NCBI GenBank assembly: GCA_028712565.1
Contig: JAQTPW010000002.1
Location: 35,601 to 99,600, forward strand
Direction of reading: 5' to 3'
From: Minisyncoccota bacterium
Lineage (GTDB): Bacteria; Patescibacteriota; Minisyncoccia; Minisyncoccales; JAQTPW01
DNA: 64,000 nucleotides
This document shows, one piece after another, positions 59,115-64,000 of the stretch. Made by a program: the position numbers and the translations under genes. Within the stretch, counting starts at the first letter, position 1, and every line of letters begins with the position of its first letter. The notes beneath the pieces are model-generated. The model was not told the origin of the DNA, searched no databases, and was given only the letters and a program-made list of their open reading frames with translations.

Positions 59115-59462
59115 ATGACCGTCAATCGCATTCAGCGCGTAAACCAATTAATAAAAGAGAAAATAGCCCAAATTATTTTAAAGGAAGCTGATTTTCCCGT
59201 CGGCGTTTTGGTGACCGTAACTCGAGTTAATACCTCGAGCGATTTGAGAGACAGCAACATTTTTGTCAGCGTTTTTCCCGAGCGAGAAAGAGTAAAAACC
59301 GTCGGGTTTTTAAATAAAAAAATTTATAACTTCCAGGGAAAAATAAACAAACTATTGAGAATGAGGCCGGTTCCAAGAATTAAATTTTTGGAGGAAAAAG
59401 AAACAGTTGAAGCCGCAAAAATTGAAGAAATTTTAGAGGAATTGAAAAAAGAAGAGAAATAG
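59115..59462 (+). CDS. rbfA: ribosome-binding factor A
   Basis: RVNQLIKEKIAQII....D.....VTVTRV..S.DL....IFVSV pattern. Follows infB. Confidence 0.85.
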   Translation: MTVNRIQRVNQLIKEKIAQIILKEADFPVGVLVTVTRVNTSSDLRDSNIFVSVFPERERVKTVGFLNKKIYNFQGKINKLLRMRPVPRIKFLEEKETVEAAKIEEILEELKKEEK

Positions 59463-59494
59463 GGTAATTTGATATTGGAAGCATTTTAAAATAA

Positions 59495-59567
59495 GGCCTG
59501 GTGGTGAAGCAGCCAACACGGCGGTCTGCAAAACCGCTACACGCGAGTGCAATTCTCGCCCAGGCCT
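59495..59567 (+). tRNA. tRNA-Cys(GCA)
   Basis: Acceptor GGCCTGG/CCAGGCC, discriminator U, anticodon stem GCGGT/ACCGC, loop CT-GCA-AA. Confidence 0.8.
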
Positions 59568-59581
59568 CAACGATAGAAATT

Positions 59582-59664
59582 GCCCGGGTGGTGAAATGGC
59601 ATACACGAGAGACTTAAAATCTCTTGAGAGCAATCTCGTGAGGGTTCGAGTCCCTCTCCGGGCA
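59582..59664 (+). tRNA. tRNA-Leu(TAA)
   Basis: Class II tRNA. Anticodon stem AGAGA/TCTCT, loop CT-TAA-AA, variable arm GAGAGCAATCTC. Confidence 0.8.
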
Positions 59665-59670
59665 CAAAAA

Positions 59671-59697
59671 AACAACCAGTCCAAAGGACTGGTTGTT
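59671..59697. terminator. bidirectional terminator
   Basis: aacaaccagtcc-aaa-ggactggttgtt, flanked by A and T runs. Confidence 0.7.
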
Positions 59698-59712
59698 TTT
59701 TTTAAATATGAT

Positions 59713-60231
59713 TTAATCCAAAACCTCAATGGAAGCTGTTTTTACTCCGAAATTTTCGGCTGACTGATGGCTCGGAAACCAGATATCAAAGCAGAAATAA
59801 CCAACTTTTGGATTCATCCTGTCCTCAACTACAAAAATTTTATCTCCATATAAGTTTGGTATTTTGATTTTAGTTCCCAAGGGTAAAAGATTATTAGCCA
59901 CAATCCCGTCTCTGACATGGGCTCCCGAAGCCGTATAAAATGGGCTTTCGTCAGTTTCTTCAGGCGTGGAAGAATAAGCAGTAATTAAAGCACTTATTGT
60001 CCTTATTACTTCCGGTTCAGGATTGATCGGGTTTGAAACAGCTGCCAAGCTATTTCCTTGCAATATTTCCAGTTCCGGCAAAACCAATATTGGATCTCCC
60101 AACTCAGCTTCAGCTTTTTGAAATCTGCTCCATAAAAACGGAAAACCGCCGATTAAAACGGAAACGCAGATAAAACTTATTAAAATTTTCCTGCCTTTTC
60201 CAAAAATAAGGCAATTTAAGCGTTTTTTCAT
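59713..60231 (-). CDS. 3D-domain (MltA/RlpA-like) cell-wall protein
   Basis: N-terminal anchor. ITAYSSTPEETDESP..TASG..V..G.VA.N.LP.GT...I......FVVEDR... Confidence 0.7.
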   Translation of the reverse strand: MKKRLNCLIFGKGRKILISFICVSVLIGGFPFLWSRFQKAEAELGDPILVLPELEILQGNSLAAVSNPINPEPEVIRTISALITAYSSTPEETDESPFYTASGAHVRDGIVANNLLPLGTKIKIPNLYGDKIFVVEDRMNPKVGYFCFDIWFPSHQSAENFGVKTASIEVLD

Positions 60232-60322
60232 TTTAAACCCCCTTTTTATGGGGGTGCATACAGTATAGCAAAAGTACCTGACTTGTCAAGACAGGTCGGG
60301 GGAAAAAGAGTGTAAAATTTAG

Positions 60323-61333
60323 TTAGTCTTTTTGGCTAGGAAAAGGAGAAATTACTTCTTTTAACTCTTGGATAATGGCATTTACAGCAATTTGCCCGCC
60401 AAAATAAGAGAGATGAATGCCGTCTGAAAGCCGGGCTGACATATATTTTCCATTTTGGTCTGGCAAAAACGCGGTATAGTCGCCGTTTTTGTCGGTAAAT
60501 AAGTACCAAAGCGGCACAAAGTGCGCATTCTTTACCTTTTTTGCCTCATTTTCGTATATAGAATTCAGCTTTTGCATCTTTTGAGAATAGGTTTTGTTCT
60601 CCATAATGGGAAATCCCACCCAAAAAGCCGTGATATTTTTATCTGCAAAGATATGTAAAAAGTCAGAAACTCGATGTTCGTATTCTCTAAACCATTCATC
60701 GGTTCCGTATTTGAAAATTATATTTTTTCCATCTGCGGCGGCAACCGAAAAGGATTGGGCGTCGTTAGAGCCCAGCATAATAATGACAATATTGGGGTTA
60801 AATTGTGAAATCAGGGTTTTAGCTTGTGAATTCCAGTCAAAGTAATCAGGTCTAGAAAGTCCGCTGGAAACCACCCCTTTTCTAAGAGCAGTTATATCAT
60901 TATAAGCCAGTAAGGTTCTTTCCAGAGTATCCCCGACGCCGCCGTAAACCGCAATGAAAGAATCGCCGATTATTAAGATTCGGTAAGGCGGTTTAAGTTT
61001 TTGTATGGGTTCGGGCAGTTCTTCTTTTGTGCTTGTGGCGGGAAGTTGAGAAAATACTATTGGTGACATTTTAATTTTTGACCAGAACAGATTTTCTTTT
61101 TGGAAAAAACTGGAAAGCCCCAAGTCCGCCTTTATTTTTTCAGAAGTTTTGGCAAAAGCTAAAGAAACATGGTTGAATGCGTCGTATTTTTGGCTTTGCG
61201 GCTTTTCCCAAAGAATGACCTTTTTCGATTCGTAAAAAGAAACAAATAAAAAAATAAGGGAAAAGAGAAGAATTGCTATTTTAGGATTAGATGACCTTTT
61301 TTGTAAAATATTTTCGTTTTCCATAATTATCAA
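60323..61333 (-). CDS. SGNH/GDSL-family hydrolase partner of the MBOAT acyltransferase
   Basis: ILIIGDSF, LGSNDAQ and DGIHLS blocks. The stop/start overlaps the upstream MBOAT gene. Confidence 0.7.
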   Translation of the reverse strand: MIIMENENILQKRSSNPKIAILLFSLIFLFVSFYESKKVILWEKPQSQKYDAFNHVSLAFAKTSEKIKADLGLSSFFQKENLFWSKIKMSPIVFSQLPATSTKEELPEPIQKLKPPYRILIIGDSFIAVYGGVGDTLERTLLAYNDITALRKGVVSSGLSRPDYFDWNSQAKTLISQFNPNIVIIMLGSNDAQSFSVAAADGKNIIFKYGTDEWFREYEHRVSDFLHIFADKNITAFWVGFPIMENKTYSQKMQKLNSIYENEAKKVKNAHFVPLWYLFTDKNGDYTAFLPDQNGKYMSARLSDGIHLSYFGGQIAVNAIIQELKEVISPFPSQKD

Positions 61334-62751
61334 AAGCTAAAATATATGAAAGAAGGCAAGATATCCGGACTTAATTCAAAAAGCAGGATAATTGCCAAGA
61401 TAACGAATGTAATCCAAGGGAACAGGGATAATTTTTGCTGGAAATCAGTTAATTTTTTAGTAATTTGCTTTTCAAACAGAAATAAAAGAAAACCCAAGGC
61501 CATTACGGCAATAATATAAATTTGAAACGGCTCCACTATTTTCCCAAAGTTAAATAAATTTTTTATTAAAATAATCCCGTTTCCGAATGTTTCTGAGCGA
61601 AAAAATATCCACGAAAAAGAAATAAAATTAAAAGTTAAGGACCAATTTAAAATATTTTTCCATTTTTTCTGGGGAAGGGTTTGAGAAACTTCTTTTTTCC
61701 TGTCCGAATAAATGTGGGTTACGGCCAAACCTATTCCTTGGAGAAATCCCCAAAAAATAAAGTGGGTAGCTGAACCATGCCAGAGGCCAACCAAAATCAT
61801 AGTTATCATCAAATTTAAATATTGCCTTATTTTCCCTTTTCTGCTTCCTCCCAGAGGAATATAAATATAGTCCCTGACCCAATTGGAAAGGGTAATATGC
61901 CATCTGCGCCAAAAATCTTGAATATTTTGAGACATATAAGGCATATTAAAGTTAATCGGAGACTTAAAGCCCATCAATCCCGCAAATCCGATAGCTAAAT
62001 CTGTGTAGCCGCTGAAATCAAAATAAATGACTAAAGAATAAGCAAAAATTGCTAAAAATATTGCCAAAGACGAATGGTTTTGGGGAACGGCAAAAACGTC
62101 ATCAGTAAGGTTTAAAGCTAAATAGCTGGAAATCACTAATTTTTTGAATAAGCCCAATAAAACTAAAGAAACATTTCCATATAAATTATCTATTTCTTTT
62201 GCTCCCCCATTTTCTAATTGGGGGAGGAATTCGTCAGCTCTGGATATTGGACCTGACAATAACTGCGGGAAAAAAGCAACATAAATTGAGAAATCGAGAA
62301 TTGATTTGCAGGGTTTTATTTTTTTTCTGTAAACATCAATAATGTAAGAAATCGTTCTGAAAATATAAAAAGATAAGCCTACTGGCAAAATGATTGCCAA
62401 AACCGGCAAACTAATGGCCAATCCCATTTTCCCTAAAAATGATTCAATTGAAACTCTGAAAAAATCATAATATTTAAAAAGTCCCAAAACCAATAGATTG
62501 GCAGCTATTGAATAGATGAATAAGATTTTTTTAAATTTAAAAGAGTCTTCACTAATAAATTTTCCTGCAAAAAAATTAAAGACCGAAACTCCAAAAATTA
62601 TTAGTAAAAATCTAACATCCAGGATTGAATAAAAATAATAACTTGAAGCAAATAAAAATAGCCGCCAGATAAGGGGCCAGCGTTTTAAATACCAGTTTAA
62701 AATCAAAACTACGGCAAAAAATAGAAAAAATTCAAAAGTCGTAAACGTCAT
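61330..62751 (-). CDS. MBOAT family O-acyltransferase (AlgI/PatA/DltB-like)
   Basis: Polytopic membrane protein. FWRRWHITLSNWVRDYIYIPLGGSR and a conserved His (GLWHG). Confidence 0.9.
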   Translation of the reverse strand: MTFTTFEFFLFFAVVLILNWYLKRWPLIWRLFLFASSYYFYSILDVRFLLIIFGVSVFNFFAGKFISEDSFKFKKILFIYSIAANLLVLGLFKYYDFFRVSIESFLGKMGLAISLPVLAIILPVGLSFYIFRTISYIIDVYRKKIKPCKSILDFSIYVAFFPQLLSGPISRADEFLPQLENGGAKEIDNLYGNVSLVLLGLFKKLVISSYLALNLTDDVFAVPQNHSSLAIFLAIFAYSLVIYFDFSGYTDLAIGFAGLMGFKSPINFNMPYMSQNIQDFWRRWHITLSNWVRDYIYIPLGGSRKGKIRQYLNLMITMILVGLWHGSATHFIFWGFLQGIGLAVTHIYSDRKKEVSQTLPQKKWKNILNWSLTFNFISFSWIFFRSETFGNGIILIKNLFNFGKIVEPFQIYIIAVMALGFLLFLFEKQITKKLTDFQQKLSLFPWITFVILAIILLFELSPDILPSFIYFSF

Positions 62752-62795
62752 ATAATTAAAAATAGCTCATTTCAAGCTATTTTTAAAGAGATATG

Positions 62796-62867
62796 AGCGG
62801 GTGAGCGGAATCGAACCGCCGTCACTACCTTGGCAAGGTAGTGTAATAGCCACTATACGACACCCGC
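62796..62867 (-). tRNA. tRNA-Gly(GCC)
   Basis: Acceptor GCGGGTG/CACCCGC, discriminator U, anticodon stem CTACC/GGTAG, loop TT-GCC-AA. The trailer is CATATC, with no CCA. Confidence 0.8.
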
Positions 62868-63573
62868 CTGCGCTTCGACTAAGTCGAAGCTACGGCGGGC
62901 ATGCCCGCAAATTATGCCTCGTGCGCCGTAGCCCTAGCGAAGTTTTGCCCCAGTCCAGAGTTGGTTATAACTTTAATGGACTGGCGATATATATCCATAC
63001 TAAAGGAAAAGGTCGCTAGAATCAAGAATTTTTATAGAACTAAGCTTTGAAGACGTTGAGTTGTTGACAAATCCTTTCAAAATGATAAAAGGATCTTGCG
63101 GAGGGAAATCCTCCGAGCCCTAATTCGGAACGAGCTAGGCCAGCTCACGCTTTTGCAGAAATACTGCAGATAAGTATGCAGAAGCTAAGTGCTCTGCAGG
63201 CGCACTCCGATTAGGGCTTTTTTCTTTGAAAACAAATTTTTAAATTTCAAAAGTTCTGTGCAACATGTTGGTACCGAATTGCCTTTGCATCAAAATTACT
63301 AGTCCGATAGCCCCGCACGGTGTCCAAGGATTTTCAATAAGATGATCTCTTGTTATCTTAAGAGATTGCATTTCTATTCTATTACCATGCAGTAAAGTGT
63401 AACCAAAACCAAAGGACTAAACCAAGAAAAATTACAACCTCAAAAACTTTAACCGGAATAGCCGTGTATTTAAGGAGTGACTTAAAGATATTCATATTAA
63501 TTTAATATCTTTTAATGGTAACGAATTTGATTCGTCAAGGAGGGACAATTTGCCTGCTCCGGCAATTAAGTGT

Positions 63574-63613
63574 GGAACGTAAATAAATTTTCTGCGGAAA
63601 ATTTACACGTTTC
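63574..63613. repeat. 40-nt hairpin element, copy 2
   Basis: ggaacgt-aaat-aaattttc-tgcg-gaaaattt-ac-acgtttc. Confidence 0.6.
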
Positions 63614-63743
63614 TACCCAGTAGAAAAAGAGAGCTTTTACAGAAACAGCGTCTAACGCTGTTTTGTATTTAAGATATAAACAAGTGGCAAGTCTGACTTG
63701 CCTACCTCGCAAACTCGTTTCTTATGAACCGAGTTTGACTCGG

Positions 63744-63815
63744 TGCCGTGGAATGGAATCGAACCATCGACCCTTGCTTTTTCAGAGCAATGCTCTACCA
63801 CTGAGCTACCACGGC
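63744..63815 (-). tRNA. tRNA-Phe(GAA)
   Basis: Acceptor GCCGTGG/CCACGGC, D arm GCTCAGTGGTAGAGC, anticodon stem TTGCT/AGCAA, loop CT-GAA-AA. Confidence 0.8.
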
Positions 63816-63979
63816 TCTCCTACGCTTCGATTTTCATCGAAGCTTCGGCGGAGCAAGTAGAATTATATAAATAAACTTGCCCTTCCGAAGCTCAAACGAA
63901 GTGCAGAGCGAAGGAGGGAGCTACCACGGCGTGCATATATTAAAATTTTAACCGATTATAACTTCGCAATCAATATGAG

Positions 63980-64000
63980 TGGACGACATAGGATTCGAAC
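63980..64000 (-). tRNA. tRNA 3' fragment (gene continues beyond the window)
   Basis: The reverse complement reads gttcgaatcc-tatgtcgtcca: a T-loop, T-stem and acceptor 3' strand. Identity cannot be determined. Confidence 0.5.

Noticed and set aside
62801-63019. A 72-aa ORF, and similarly the ORF at 63663-63860.
   Set aside because: They overlap tRNA-Gly(GCC) and tRNA-Phe plus their hairpin leaders. The translations (..SYGGHA.., ..KLRRSK) are typical of translated palindromic repeats.
63382-63495. A 37-codon minus-strand ORF, MNIFKSLLKYTAIPVKVFEVVIFLGLVLWFWLHFTAW*, with a hydrophobic core.
   Set aside because: It is too short, has no Shine-Dalgarno sequence and has no comparative support. 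It is not reported as a gene.
1-64000. Looked for rRNA genes, CRISPR arrays, transposase genes, toxin-antitoxin pairs and known defence modules.
   Set aside because: None was recognised. The only recombinase or mobile-element gene seen is the serine recombinase at 41151-42701.

Overview
Low-GC, gene-dense bacterial fragment under the standard genetic code (ORFs end at TGA, TAA and TAG). The gene content suggests a Candidate Phyla Radiation / Patescibacteria (Parcubacteria-like) genome; this is inference only. Supporting content: a type IV pilus cluster, a membrane pyrophosphatase, a short IF-2, GxxExxY and four-helix-bundle minigenes, pilin-like two-TM C-termini on secreted proteins, and many anchored or secreted hypothetical proteins. 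Housekeeping genes present: rsmA, comM/yifB-like, pnp, rpsO, cca, nusA, hppA, tig, clpP, rny, greA, htrA, infB, rbfA. A pilB-pilC-pseudopilin-pilMNO cluster with its own two-component pair spans 42965-53032. I hand-folded 15 complete tRNA genes plus one truncated at the window end. No rRNA and no CRISPR array was seen. Most interesting items: (1) A 5.1-kb interval (37535-42674) between rny and tRNA-Gly(TCC) carries a large serine recombinase and three surface/membrane genes. It is built from nested long inverted repeats that reconstruct its own joined ends, which I interpret as a tRNA-integrated element with a 2-micron-plasmid-like flip-flop layout. (2) A single 867-aa ORF fuses PlsY, a Dak2 (FakA-type) kinase domain and DegV (FakB-type), which would be a whole exogenous-fatty-acid-to-lysophosphatidate route in one chain. 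(3) A 585-aa secreted protein has about 80 cysteines and ends in a CPR-type pilin-like domain; a second truncated paralog at the window start was missed by the ORF track. (4) Small TIR-bounded hairpin inserts sit exactly at the 5' edge of tRNA genes and are flanked by duplicated tRNA 5' nucleotides. (5) Minigene cassettes are bracketed by inverted word repeats, with one apparent empty site. All coordinates of RNA genes, repeats and hairpins come from hand alignment or folding and may be off by 1-2 nt.
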